Assembly (NCBI GenBank): GCA_002633005.1
Contig: NMRA01000258.1
Span: 62,001-126,000, forward strand
Direction: 5' to 3'
Source: Phoronis australis
Lineage: Eukaryota > Animalia > Phoronida
DNA: 64,000 nt
Part shown: piece by piece, positions 1 to 12,003 of the stretch
Numbering within the stretch: position 1 is the stretch's first letter
Layout: every line of letters begins with the position of its first letter
Notes under the pieces: generated by a model
Told to the model about the DNA's origin: nothing
Databases searched by the model: none
What the model saw: only the letters and a program-made list of their open reading frames with translations
Translations under genes and position numbers: made by a program

Positions 1-87
1 ATGTAGAAAATCTAGGCAAAATCCTCCAGTGACTGAATCACCTGGTGGTCATATCGAGAACGATGTTTAAACCATATTTCTTTGCAG

Positions 88-647
88 ATGGTGTTGTTCT
101 AGAAGATAAGGAGAATGCCAAAAAGCTGCATGACCACTTGATTGATGTATTTGCTGAAGAGGTGTGTGACTGTTAAAAATGTTTAAAATGCTATGCTTGT
201 CATTGCTCCTCACAATATTACTTAAAATGCATTGTGTATGTGGAAAATGTTTAGGGACAACATTCATTGATTTTAGTTTCCTGACAAATCTAAATGGACC
301 ATTTTCAGACTTGGGGTTTTCAACATTTTAGCATTTTTGAACAGCAGTTTCTCTTAAGTGCATATTTAATAAATTTTGCACAGTCACTTAATAGTTCTTT
401 TATTGTCTGTTGCTGAGGGAAACGTGTGTCAGATTTTTTATTTTCTTTCGAATGTTTTGCTTTCATTTCTTTTATACCATATGTCAGGTAACGAGCCCAC
501 TTGTTTCAGGTGACCAAGAATCACACTAATTCAGGTCGGCTTCTCATTAACATGTTCACCGATGTCCTGCCCAAACTGAAAATACTCAATGAAAACCAAG
601 ATAAAGTGATAGGCAACTTTAAGGTGCCTAAACCAAATGACACATGA
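88..647 (+). CDS. Nuclear receptor (NR1-like) ligand-binding domain, last two coding exons (88-161, 510-647); gene starts upstream of window
   Basis: tttgcag|88..161|gtgtgt and tttcag|510..TGA 645-647 splice in frame to DGVVLEDKENAKKLHDHLIDVFAEEVTKNHTNSGRLLINMFTDVLPKLKILNENQDKVIGNFKVPKPNDT*. By eye this aligns to helices 9-11 of Rev-erb/ROR-type LBDs (DRxxL..VE.LQ..L..AL....KNH....LP.LR.LN..H...L..FK/RV). Confidence 0.7.
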
Positions 648-2467
648 TGACGGTCAGGTCCCAGGATCAGGTTACATGGTTAACTTCCTGACGTCAAGGA
701 CTGTGTCTTGGCCTGTTGTTGTGAATGTCATGACAAGGTGGTTCAAGTTACAGTCGAGTGACTTACCTGAAAGTCTGCTTCTGATATTCATGTAGTGTGG
801 CTGCTGCAGTGTGCCGTAAATGTCATGGTGTCCTAGGTCAGGTCAGAGGTCATGCCTGGGTGGGCATTGTTGCAAATATGAGGCTTTACTTATGAAGATG
901 AAGCTGTTAAAAGTTGAAGTACTGTTTCATTTAGAACAGGCGTTGTTTTATGGGATTGTGCAAACAAAATTGATATGTCATCCTGAAAAATGGAAATAGG
1001 GTTCTATGATGACCATTGTTAATGTATCGGTAAAGGATAGTCTTCAAAATTTTGTCTTATGTTTATTGTTGGGATCTTTAAAAGGTAAATTATCAGCGTC
1101 AACTTGTTTGTTCTTAGTTTGTATGTGCATGTTGCCACTCTTGTCTATCAACACATTCCTCTTTCTTCATCTCTTACAAACTTGCTGACGCATCAAGTGT
1201 GGATGTTCTGAGACTGTTCTTTTCATCAAGAAAACACAGCCACCTGTTTTATAGCAAATCCTCACTTAGTGGGCCTAGTCCGGCCCTGGAGACAGTTGCA
1301 GGTGTTCAGAACTGTTTCCTTACATCGTCAGTCTGCCTCAGTGTGTATGCTACATATTATGATGTTATTTTTTTCTATTTTTGATTGTTGTGTTATGTAT
1401 TACATGTAAATAACATCACCTTTTGAGGTTAAGTGCAACACCTGTCGGACATCTCAATTATTAAAAAATAGAAAAAATATTGACAGCTTTTGCTTATACT
1501 AGAGCCTGTATGTTTCAATACGTTTGTGCTGCACTTGAACATATAGACTTGAAATATTGCTAATTGTGTATGTTGGTTATGAGTACTACTCATCCCATAG
1601 CTTTTATTTTATGAAACATTGGTCTATTTGTTTTTATTCTTACCTTGAAAGTTTACAGTGGGAGAATTGTAATATGTATGTATTATTGGGTAGCAATTAT
1701 TTTTATGCTTCTTTTTTGAAATTTTGTCTAAGAGAATTTTTGAGTATATCTCATTAGCATGAAATGCATAATATTGTTGAAAGTTACAATAAAAATTATC
1801 TAGTTTGGGACAGTGAGAGAACTGGATTATTTTGCTCCAGGCTGGAACTTGCACCAACTTTTAGAAATAGACGATACTGGCCTTCTAAATTCCAGGTGAT
1901 CAGTGCCTGGCAGTGGGTCCACATGCGCGACCTGCTTACATCTCGTATAACGTGTATCACCAGACCGCCTCAAATTCCAGAATTAATATCAAAGACCCAT
2001 GATCATTCACACCCATGATACACATGTATGAAATGTAGGTTGTGTTAGCTTCTATTTTCTACAAATTTTTGAACTGCCAAATCTGTTTTCAGAGTCTGAT
2101 CAAAATGCAGTGTCCCAACATTCAAAAACATGGTGAACACCAAAATCAGCCATGGTCCCAATCTTCAGAATTCTGAAAATTTAGTTTCAATTTGAATGTG
2201 GGTGCCCCAAATGTTAGAGACTGTCATTGTCCCGAACTGGAGAATTTTTATCTGCTTAGCTTGGAACGATGCCTCTGAAAATAAGTAAATGTTGATCTGA
2301 GGGGTTGAATATTGTTTTTACCTGTTGTATAGTCCCATGAATATAGATCAGAGTTGTTATTGGTTTCCAAACCTTTAATTGTATTAACTTATAGCAATAG
2401 TGTTAGGTTTCACTGAAGACATTCAGTCAGGAGTCTTTCACTGTATATGACTCACTGCTGGTCTTGA

Positions 2468-3016
2468 ACAAGAGCAACACGACAGCACCCTAAATGGTGT
2501 GCTTCTTCGGGTGTTAAAAATGGCCATTAGGTGGCACAGAATGTGTCAAACCCCTCCAAATTGAGAAGGTGGCGCTGTCTCTGTAATACACAACTATTTG
2601 CCAAATTATGTGAAAAATAAGCCAAGGAACTCCAAAGGTATCATAGAGGCAAACGTAACAAACAATCATCACTAGGGGACACTGAGCTATAGTCCAGTTG
2701 GTCTGAAACTCATCCTCACTTGTTGCTATCTTTATAAGAGCCCATCTGCCAAGGTTAAGGACTAGATACAGCCCTAACTGAAAGAAAAACAAAATTTGCT
2801 CCTAGGGGTCGCCTGGATAGCCTACGCCATTCAAAAATCCATATCAGCTGACCTCTTGCATTGGGGCACAACTATCAATTTTCATGATGATCCTTTGTGA
2901 ATGAGTGGTTTGACAGATAGAAAGGCAGACATCAAAAATGTTTAAAGGGAATTAGGAGAGCAGCAGATGCCCAGACAGAGATGACCACGACATGCACCCA
3001 AGTGGGTGCATAAAAA
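2468..3016 (-). mobile_element. Putative non-autonomous HINE/DINE-like (Helentron-associated) element
   Basis: Bounded by aacaagagc... and ...gtgggtgcataaaaa, with a (cagac/cagat)-type microsatellite near 2910-2980. Same layout as the elements at 51244 and 55860 in reverse orientation. Boundaries approximate. Confidence 0.35.
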
Positions 3017-4189
3017 CAAATCTAGTTTATCTTGTATATTATTATGCTCATATTGATATTTTAATATATAATTTTTATATATTTTCGGATCGCTCTGGTG
3101 TAAGTTGCTTAATTCCCTTAGTTTGAATGCTCCTCAGTGCGATTGCATAACTTCATTTATATCAGGGGAAATAACCAAAGTAGTTCATGTATTTTACAAA
3201 TGTAAGGGTTGAAAAATGCCATCCAATGGAATGTTAATGAAGGCAAGTCAATGTTATGGTATGCAACAGTATTAAGATGTGTTTGTCATTGTCACAAATG
3301 TCAGGAAATTTATTATTTATGTATCTTGGTCCTTGGTCCGACACCCCTACTTAGACTGGGTTGTTTCGATCCATGACCTGTTACTGTTAATGAAAAATCA
3401 TAAATGGCAATCTTTGTATACACTTGTCATATTTTGGTGAAGAACCCTTTTTTCTTGCGACGAGATAATATTCTGAATGCAGGTGATAAAGCCAAGGTCC
3501 GAATGCAGTTTTTTGATTTTTTCAAAGGGAAGATTTACCTCTGCTTTGTCGGTTTATACCAGTTTGAAATCTACGTTTTGAGCTTGACAAACTTAGCGCT
3601 AATTGAGGGGACTCACAAAGACTTATTTGATATTGGCCTTACACGGGCAAGGCTTAAAACCTCATTTCTCTGACCATTTTTGGCCACTGATTTCTGTACT
3701 GAAGTATTTCATTTTACTAGGATTGAATGTGATGAACATTCCTGAAGTTTTAGATAGTAGGTTTACATTTGTATTCTAAAGTATTTACAAGGTGATGTTT
3801 TTGCAAAATTGCAATATGATCGACGTTTAGGTTTACTCCACAGTGCCATAAGTCCTTTGTACCGTATTTCAGATTATTGCTTTAAATTTTATTTTGTGCA
3901 TATTTGCGGTCTCATGGTTATACTCTAATAAACAAATTGTGTAATGTTGAATAGGATTGTTATCATTGATTGATTGATAGATTGATTGAGAATCTATGAT
4001 GTGACCAACAGTTTGTAATTGCTTGAGACCACCAAGCTCGTGACTTGTCACGGTGTGTAAATTTATGTGCCGAGCATCGTCTTAAGGAATAACGAACTGT
4101 AATTGGTTCCCTAAAATAACACGCGCAGGTGTTTCTTTTTTCCTTTTTTTTTGTCCCTTGAGAGGGAAATTTTAACGGAACTTCCGTAG

Positions 4190-4890
4190 ATCGCCTCCGT
4201 CACGTGTTATCTAAATCATCATCATTGGATGCTCCACATCACTTCACAATCAACTTTACTGTATAAGTCAGGGTAAATCTGTAGTGGTCCTGAACTTTTT
4301 GACAATGAGGTTAAGTTCATCAAATCCACGTTACTGTCTAATGGGTTTCCTGGTTCATTTATTGACTCGTGCCCGTTACTCAACGCAAACAAGTCTGTGT
4401 ACAGTCAGTTGATTACATACGGGCCTGAACGGGAGCCAAGTTTACATCTTCCTACCCTATACACATACTTTTCTATCTTCAGTCTTCAATAGAAATCTCG
4501 TTAGGTGTTTTAGTGTACATATTCCATCAGTTTGTTTAATTGCTATTTTTAGACCTCGTCGAATACTCGTGAAATTGTCTAAACTCAAGTTTCCCTTGGA
4601 AACTAAGCAAAACGGTGATGTTGTCTATAACATTAATTGCAAGGACTGTAATGAATTTTACGTTAGTATCACAACAATTATTCTCACGAACAGAATAACT
4701 ATTCCAAAGATCTCAACAGTGCATATTATTCAATAACTCAGTAGAACCAAACCACTGTTGCTTCTGATGGTGTAAAGATCCAAGACCATGATATGAATGG
4801 AACCATTCTGTTAATCCGTGAAATCTTGCACGAGTTACATGATGAGTATAGCTAGAACAGGTACATAGGAACTTTCAACCTTCAGTTGTG
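4190..4890 (+). mobile_element. Degenerate Penelope-like retroelement fragment (RT C-terminus + GIY-YIG endonuclease relic)
   Basis: 4277-4351 translates ICSGPELFDNEVKFIKSTLLSNGFP (PLE ICS...NGYP motif). 4611-4700 translates NGDVVYNINCKDCNEFYVSIT (VVY.I.C..C...YIG GIY-YIG motif). Frameshifted and decayed. Confidence 0.7.
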
Positions 4891-5553
4891 GCAGTTGATA
4901 GTTGAGTTTATTTCACTGGATTTCTCTTTACTTGTCACTTCGTCTTGCATTATGCACTTTGATGTAAAGTTGATTGTTATTGTGAAAGTGATGTAGTTCA
5001 TGACTCATATTTGATGATGATTTAAGCAATTAATGAACCATTTAACGTTGATCATCGTTATCATTTGCGTCGTTAGCTTCGTATTAATATTATGTATCTG
5101 GCCAAAATCTAATGTGTTTCCTATAAGCGTCATTCGTTGCCTTTCCTCCGTTCTTGGTGTAGTCACGCCATGTGACATCTCAATTTCAAGCATTCAGGGT
5201 GGAAGGACCAGAGGCGTATACGTGTCCCCCTTTCCCCGCAAAAATATGCGCACACGGGCAGTGGTGTCGGTGCCAAAACCTTGTTGCGCCCAACCGAATA
5301 ACATAGTATGGATTAAAGATAAAAAGACATTTTTAACTCACCATTGCTGGATTTGGCTCGGCTTGTCGGAGACTCCGACCGGGTCACTGATTTTTGCAGC
5401 ACGTACTATCTGCACTGCGCACTTAATATTGGGCATCTTATACCACAGTTCTGAAACCCCACATTCTCCACAGCTCTAGAATTCAGAAGTTTTGAGTTCA
5501 AAAAGACAAATTTTAGAGAATACAAAACCCTTTTCTCCTGGAACCACTCCCTG

Positions 5554-5587
5554 CAGGCACTGAAGTTTTTTAAAACTTCAGTGCCTG
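5554..5587. repeat. Perfect inverted repeat, 16-bp arms, 2-nt spacer
   Basis: caggcactgaagtttt-tt-aaaacttcagtgcctg. Confidence 0.85.
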
Positions 5588-7918
5588 TTTAAAAACATTT
5601 AAAATCAACGGGGCCCATGTGCGATGAAGAGGGCTCACTACAGATCACATATGAACGTTATTTCATGTTAAATGCTATAATGTAATTATCCTGTCGTATT
5701 TAGAAGTCCTTCTCCTAAGGTTTGATGATAACTGGTCTTTCATATAAAGCGTCTCCTCGGGAGGGCCGGGCTCCAGTGCAAGGCCTCTGCCATCCTATGT
5801 ATCCAGCAGTGTCAACTATTCACGCACGCGCGAGGAAGCAATACATGTATATGTTGAAAAATTCCAGCTTTTCGAGAGAAAAATACTGACATTTTCAACC
5901 ATAGCACATCAGAAAGACTTGCACCTCAAATTTGCCATGAGAATATCGTTTACAGACCTTGTTACACTAAGGCTAGCTTACACGAGGTGGCATACCCCAA
6001 CGCCTGAGCGAGCCTATAGCCATACCGTGACTATAACCCGTCGCAATCTATTCGTTGCTTTTCCGTGATGCAAAAGAAAACATATTCGTTCATTTCTCTT
6101 GTAATCAATCCCTCGATTTTAAAAATTAAATAAATTAGATTTTAAAAACAGTAATGTTGGTCTTTTGCCTTTCTAATCGTTCTGTTTTTGACTTTGAAAC
6201 TCGTACGCTAAACACGTCTCTTGCCGGGTTTACGACAGAACGCAATTGTCTCATCCAGCACGTTCATCAAATAGGGAGTAACTCCCTTCAATCAGTGACC
6301 GTGCCATCAAGCCATTGATGTGCCGAGGACTTTGCAGGATACTCTGGGGGTGAGCGATGCACGCTTTCTCGCCCACTCGCGTGCAAATCTCGTTAGCTTA
6401 AGATTTGCCTGATGTACATGTATTGTGTATCAACTGAACTGCCCCAATAATTATTTCCACTAGATTAGGTATGTTAATGGGGACACATGGCAATGCGATG
6501 TTTGCAGGTCACTGATCAGGGTGTGTCGGGTGTTATTTTCGATCGCAACTTGAAGTTCCAAAACTTGAGAATATACACAAAAAATAAAAGCAAGACTGAA
6601 ATAAAAAGGGTATAAATTTGACAAACCTGAATTGACGATCACTATTTTGGAAATGGGGGAAAATTCTTATTACGATCAAAACCTGAACTCCAGTTACCAC
6701 GCAGTCACTCTTTCGATTGTTCATTTTTGTTCCCGTCACTTTCCGTCAACTGAGAGTTTGGCTCACGGTTTGTTATCGATTACTTTGTACTAGTAAATCG
6801 ACATGCACGAGTTTTGAAAACAAGTTATACACATAAAAAATGCTAAGCGGGTTTTGCCTTTGTAGTTTTCATCCTTGTGTTTGAATTAAACTTGATTGGT
6901 GTCATCAATCAATCATACTGACAGCCATCTTCGAGCAAGCCAGCCTACTGTATAACATGCAAAGCACGAGAGGCTTGTATAAAGACTTACAGTATACTGG
7001 CAGCCTGAATTGCCGGGCCTACTTAATTTAATTAACTAGTAAATGTGAAATAAACTACTGCTCCAGTTGGCTTTAACCCTCCAACAAGTGAGTCATAACT
7101 GCCGGACTTTTTTGAGAAAATCTCTGTATGTTGTAATGTGTCAGCATATGTCGGTACCAAAAAGAATTTTGAACAACGCACCAGTTTTTGATGTCTGCTC
7201 AGAATAACGCACGTCCTGATACAATTGGCACCAGGAAGAGAACCTGGTTATCTCTGGTGGCACTGATAACATCATCAGCTGTTGATATTTTTAATCCTTA
7301 TAGGACCGTTTTACTCGTTCTAGTCTCTCCTATAACGGTACAGTGGCGTCGGAAGCATTTTCATATTAGTCCCGGGTAAATGGCCGCCGGCCGGGACGGA
7401 GTCGTCAATGGTGAAGGTATTTTTTTTTAATGTTTATTACGAAATCTTCAGAATACAATGAATATACATAACCCAGAAAGCGCCAAGAGGCATTAGATCT
7501 GGGTAAAAAAATACAAAGAAGTCTATACACAATGATTATATACAAATACATAAATAAAAAACCTGTTAAGATTACAATGATATATGACAACCTACGAATG
7601 AAAATAATTTATTTTCATACAGATGTATAAAATTCTATCCACTCACACAAAGAGATATAATGTTATAAAGAAATTCTGATACTATTTCAAATAAAACCAT
7701 ATTTTAGTTTGAGTTAAGTTCTTGACATCCATATAGAAAGAAATTAATTTTGTTGTACAATTGCGGAATTTCAGAGTATTTTTTATAAACATTGGGGGTA
7801 TTGTTCGAGTGCCTGGAAGAGCTGTACCCTCTCCTCCTTGCATACCTCACAAGCAAAGAAAACATGAGGATATGTCTGGGTATCTCCACAGGAACACAGA
7901 GCCGAAATATTATTAAAA

Positions 7919-9019
7919 TTATGTCAAAATTTCTCGTTGTTTAGGAATAGACCACATCTTGATCTGTATAGGGGTTATGTCAGAGCGCAGTTTGTCCATG
8001 TTAATGAGGTTGTAATTCCAGATCTTCTTCAGAATGTCTGGTTCTTTAGGTGGGCAGTTGAGTGTGAATGTTGTTTCTATAACGTGGTGGTCTGAGTTAC
8101 CAATGGGAGACCTTACAGAAGTGGATTCAATTAATCCGAGATTGTTTGTTATACATAAATCAAGGCAAGAATGTGAATACTCTGTTAAACGTGTCGGCTC
8201 GTTTATTAGTTGTATACAGTCATTTGTGAGGAGAATATCGAATAATTCGAGACCGGCTTGGTTGTCATTGTCTTCAGAGTACCAAGTACTATTTCTTGCG
8301 TTGAAATCCCCGTTGATAACAATCGTTTTATTAGTTTGAGAGAGTTCTTGCAATTGCTCTGAAAAGGTTTTGAAATATGCTTTCCGTTCATGGGACGTCT
8401 GTGAGGGTGAGCGATAGAAAAAACCGTAATATACCTTTTTGTGGTTGACGTAAAGTTCAATCCAACAGTTACTCATTGATTGTATAATTTTATCATCAAT
8501 TGTTTTGTAATTTACGGAGTTGTGGACAAACAAGATCAACCCCCTCCCGACGTTAGTGTGGTAGGCAATGTGGTATTCTGGAATAATAAGTGCACTGAGG
8601 TTGTCTTCGGACAGTGTTCCAGATTCACATATAGCAATGACCATGTAATTGTTGTCTGTAATAACTTGCTTGAGAAGATCAAATCTTGAAAGATTGTTCG
8701 CCTTGATACTGTTGATATTAGTGAATAAGACCTTGAAGCTGGCTAAACCCTGAGTGCCTGGTCCTGGATTGACCTCTATGTCACCAGCAGTCAAAAGACT
8801 TTGCTCAATGATAACTCGGATATCACAACATGAGTTCTTCATTGTGCAGTAAACATTACGTAAGTGCTCAGTTCGGGGTCGTTTTCGTAGTAGAAGAGTG
8901 AGGTCGAGCGTAATAGACGAAAAGCAGTGGGGTATTTTTGTTTTCCAGACACCCGAACACTTATAATTATTATGTCTGTAGTTAAATACTGATAAATTCA
9001 TACAGTTCATAGTTAACAT
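7919..9019 (-). CDS. LINE ORF2 N-terminus: 2A-like peptide followed by APE (EEP) endonuclease domain, truncated before the RT
   Basis: LLTAGDIEVNPGP, then TNINSI, AICES, YRSPSQ, GDFNAR, EPTR, CLDLCITN and SDHHVI, the canonical APE catalytic motifs. Confidence 0.85.
   Translation of the reverse strand: MLTMNCMNLSVFNYRHNNYKCSGVWKTKIPHCFSSITLDLTLLLRKRPRTEHLRNVYCTMKNSCCDIRVIIEQSLLTAGDIEVNPGPGTQGLASFKVLFTNINSIKANNLSRFDLLKQVITDNNYMVIAICESGTLSEDNLSALIIPEYHIAYHTNVGRGLILFVHNSVNYKTIDDKIIQSMSNCWIELYVNHKKVYYGFFYRSPSQTSHERKAYFKTFSEQLQELSQTNKTIVINGDFNARNSTWYSEDNDNQAGLELFDILLTNDCIQLINEPTRLTEYSHSCLDLCITNNLGLIESTSVRSPIGNSDHHVIETTFTLNCPPKEPDILKKIWNYNLINMDKLRSDITPIQIKMWSIPKQREILT
8759..8797 (-). other. 2A-like ribosomal StopGo motif LLTAGDIEVNPG|P
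   Basis: Exact match to the D(V/I)ExNPGP consensus, preceded by LL..G as in active 2A peptides. Confidence 0.85.
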
Positions 9020-10523
9020 GCTTATCTAACAAGAGAAAAAGAAGTATATACAAGTGTGTGAATAGACTAAAAGTAATGAAGTAAGGACAAAAGCTATGAA
9101 CACTAGGGTAGGCATGAAAATTCCCACCACCACTAATTTAATTACATTGAGTTAGGCTAAATCTTGCAAATAGAAAACTGATGGATTAGTAACATTAACA
9201 AGTGAAATGGATTGACGTACTACGGATGTGATAGTAGTTCAAATAGATGAGAGTCAACGGGGTAAACAATTTGTACATATGTACTGTACTTTGGGATGAA
9301 AATATATTGCCAATTAAGTTGTCTTATTACGCATGGCGCTGCCCGAGTCAAATAGAGCTCTGAGACTATACGATACTCGTTTGGCCGTTTTTAGCTTGAA
9401 CTTTAATGGTGATAAAAATTGAAACAACTTAAAAAGCAAAGTTAACTCCTGAACTGATTCACACTTGATGGAAGTCTTGATCTGTAGATGAAAAGGAATC
9501 ACTGAGGTAACATACATGTACATGTACATGTATCTGAATGACACAACTACAGTTGTCAAGTTCAGTGTAGTTTCATAATCATGACACATGTGAGACGTGA
9601 AATACTTAAAAAAAATAATCATTGCTAAGATAAAAGATGTTCTGATTTTACTCCTTGTTGTTTCATTGTTATTAGGAAGCCATGCGTGTAGGCTGTAGCT
9701 AATTGACCCAGAAGAGCATTTAAAGTACATTATCACTTGCAAAATCAAAATTCAAGCGAGATGTACTTTTTGCTTCACCGAGTTTGCCCGTGGGCCAAAA
9801 GTTGTCATGCCAATATCAAGTGAAGGTATGGGAGGGATATTTCCTCCCGTAGTTGGTTTTGAGAATTCGAGTGTTATTTATTTGGTGTATGCTACTCGGC
9901 AAGATTTTGTTCTTTTTCGAGACGATTGTTTGCGCTAGTTTAGTTGGATGCTCAGAGTCTGAAACTGATGTGACCGGACAACAAAAAACTGGAAAAGTAA
10001 CTAGTTTTAATCCAATTCGGCCTCAAATACATATTAATCATTGATCAGATATCTTTCATTCAACTCTGTATAATTAAATAAAAATCACAGATGCCTAATC
10101 TCAACTGGAAATTAGTGCCATGGCCAAGCGGGGGACTTGGTGGCATATGTCCCCTTAAAAAGTATGGAGATATTAGGGTGGAAAGATGTCAAAAAGGCAT
10201 AGGAGAAACATATAGTAAGGCTAGAAAGATAGAGAATGGATTAAGTTTAAAAAGACATTTGTTTACTCACCAGTGCCGGGTTTACCTTGCCTTTGGGAGG
10301 CGGACCTAGGCCGCTCTGAAAACTGTGTAATATTATTTTACAGTCATTTCAACGTCAAGTTTTAAATTAACACAATTAGACAACTCTACGCTGAACTCTT
10401 TATTGAAAATAATAATTTTGACCTTTTAAGGCAAAGTCCCTCTGAATTAAAAGGTTCAGCCCTTATTTACTTTCACGAATAGGTGTTCTGTTTTCAGATA
10501 TGTTTGTTAGAAAATGTCACAAG

Positions 10524-10582
10524 TAAAAGAGGGGCCCACAATAAAGATAAAGACTTTATCTTTATTGTGGGCCCCTCTTTTA
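10524..10582. repeat. Perfect palindrome, 29-bp arms, 1-nt spacer, TA at both ends
   Basis: taaaagaggggcccacaataaagataaag-a-ctttatctttattgtgggcccctctttta. Confidence 0.9.
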
Positions 10583-10832
10583 GTGAAGAAATACATCACA
10601 TCAAAGAGAAGCCCAATGTCTACAATGTGATGATTCAGGTGAGGTCTTATTGGCTTTGTTTTCGTGCAATTTGGCAGAGGAACCCGATTTTTCAAATTTA
10701 TAGTCAACACTATGTATTTGAAATTGTCTGAGACCTGTAAAATAAATCTATCTAGGTTTGTGTTTTTAGTTTTCATAGTTCTATTGCCATTAACGAAGTG
10801 ACGGTTTAAAATGTTAATCTGTACGAGTTCTG

Positions 10833-11203
10833 TGCCCGGTTGCATGAAGCAGTCCCAAATACTTGTGCACTTGTGAAAACACTCGTTGTCCTTTCTTTGG
10901 CTTTGATACAAATTGAAAGTGAACTCTAGTAGTTGCACTATCAATATTATTGAAAATAAGTAGAGATCCTTTTTTAGCAACTCCCCTAATTTAAGGACTA
11001 AGTCCCTATTGCCGGGTTTTCATTGGACTAAACGCTCAGATTTTAGTCACCATTTTTCAACTTAGTCAAAGAGGAGATCAGAATAAAGCTACATGTACAT
11101 TGACTGAGAAATATGTAAATCTGTGAGTAAAGAACGACACAAATATACAAAAGATTTAAAGAACTTAGAGTCCCTATTTGGGGCCGTTTAATGCAACCGG
11201 GCC
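10833..11203. mobile_element. MITE with imperfect terminal inverted repeats (PIF/Harbinger-like ends)
   Basis: gcccggttgcatgaagcagtcccaaata at ~10834 pairs with tatttggggccgtttaatgcaaccgggcc ending at 11203. Confidence 0.6.
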
Positions 11204-12003
11204 TAAGTTGATTTCTGATTTAAATGTTTACAAGGAAATGTACGAAAATCGGTTAATACTGATCTTTTGCTAATTCTATGTAAGTTTTTTTTTGTCAGCA
11301 CTGAATTGACAATACGGTGAATTTTGATGCAGCTTGAAATTTAGGGGAAACTACAAAATTCGAACTTTAAATAGTTAAATTCCGTGGTGGGATGATTTTT
11401 GTCAATTTAAAATAATAGTCAACAATTTGGGATTTCGTTTATTACTGGTGCAAGGAGATGAAATGCGGGAAACTTTATAGGCGCATCTCAACCTTACTGG
11501 TGAAAGATCAAAGACGGTCATTGTATACGGCAAGGTGCAGATACGTTTATGGCGACCGCAGGTGAACGAAATTGGCGACTAGCTACCCTACCAGCTGGAG
11601 GAAAGTGGGCTTACGAAAGCGATGGGGAGAAGGGGGGTTGAGACGACTAGGAGGCAAAAACATTGGCAACTTGGGACGACAGAATGTGACGAAATTAAAC
11701 TTCCTGGTTCGCCCTGATATTTTTCCAATACGTTAATTTCTCATTAGGATAAGTTCTACGGTTAGTACGCGTTTTGCATTCAAATTAGGAGCAGATGCAT
11801 TTTAATTGATCCCCACCCTTGGAAAGCCGCAGCAGCAAAAGCTCTTAACTGCATGTTGGGCTCAAGCCCTTGAGCTGATAGGTTCGAAATGAGTTAGTCT
11901 CTATGCTGTATCTGGATCGAGACGAACTCCTCTGGCCATATCAAATATTAAAGATGCCACTTGTGGTCTGTTAATTATAGCATCCGTGCACAGACAAAAG
12001 CTG

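Larger units (their letters stand above)
7421..9819 (-). mobile_element. Internally deleted non-LTR retrotransposon (CR1/L2-group-like): 2A motif + APE endonuclease + C-terminal CCHC relic + polyA, no RT
   Basis: 10-bp direct repeat GTGAAGGTAT at 7411-7420 and 9820-9829 (TSD). AATAAA and A-tail at 7421-7438 on the minus strand. ORF 7919-9019 has APE motifs. RxRCG..LN..KF*HNF...CSCGDTQTYPHVFFAC at ~7850-7970. Confidence 0.8.

Noticed and set aside
835-852. Perfect DR1 (AGGTCA-G-AGGTCA) just downstream of the nuclear-receptor stop codon
   Set aside because: AGGTCA/TGACC direct repeats are common in this window's repeats (e.g. ~46370), so autoregulation cannot be supported.
5005-5050. Possible hammerhead ribozyme near the Penelope relic (also CTGATGA..GAAA at ~35717 and ~41829)
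   Set aside because: The conserved core and stems I-III could not be completed by eye.
10507-10980. 157-aa and 82-aa opposite-strand ORFs sharing the peptide KRGAHNKDK
   Set aside because: The shared peptide is a consequence of the perfect palindrome at 10524-10582; there is no coding signal.
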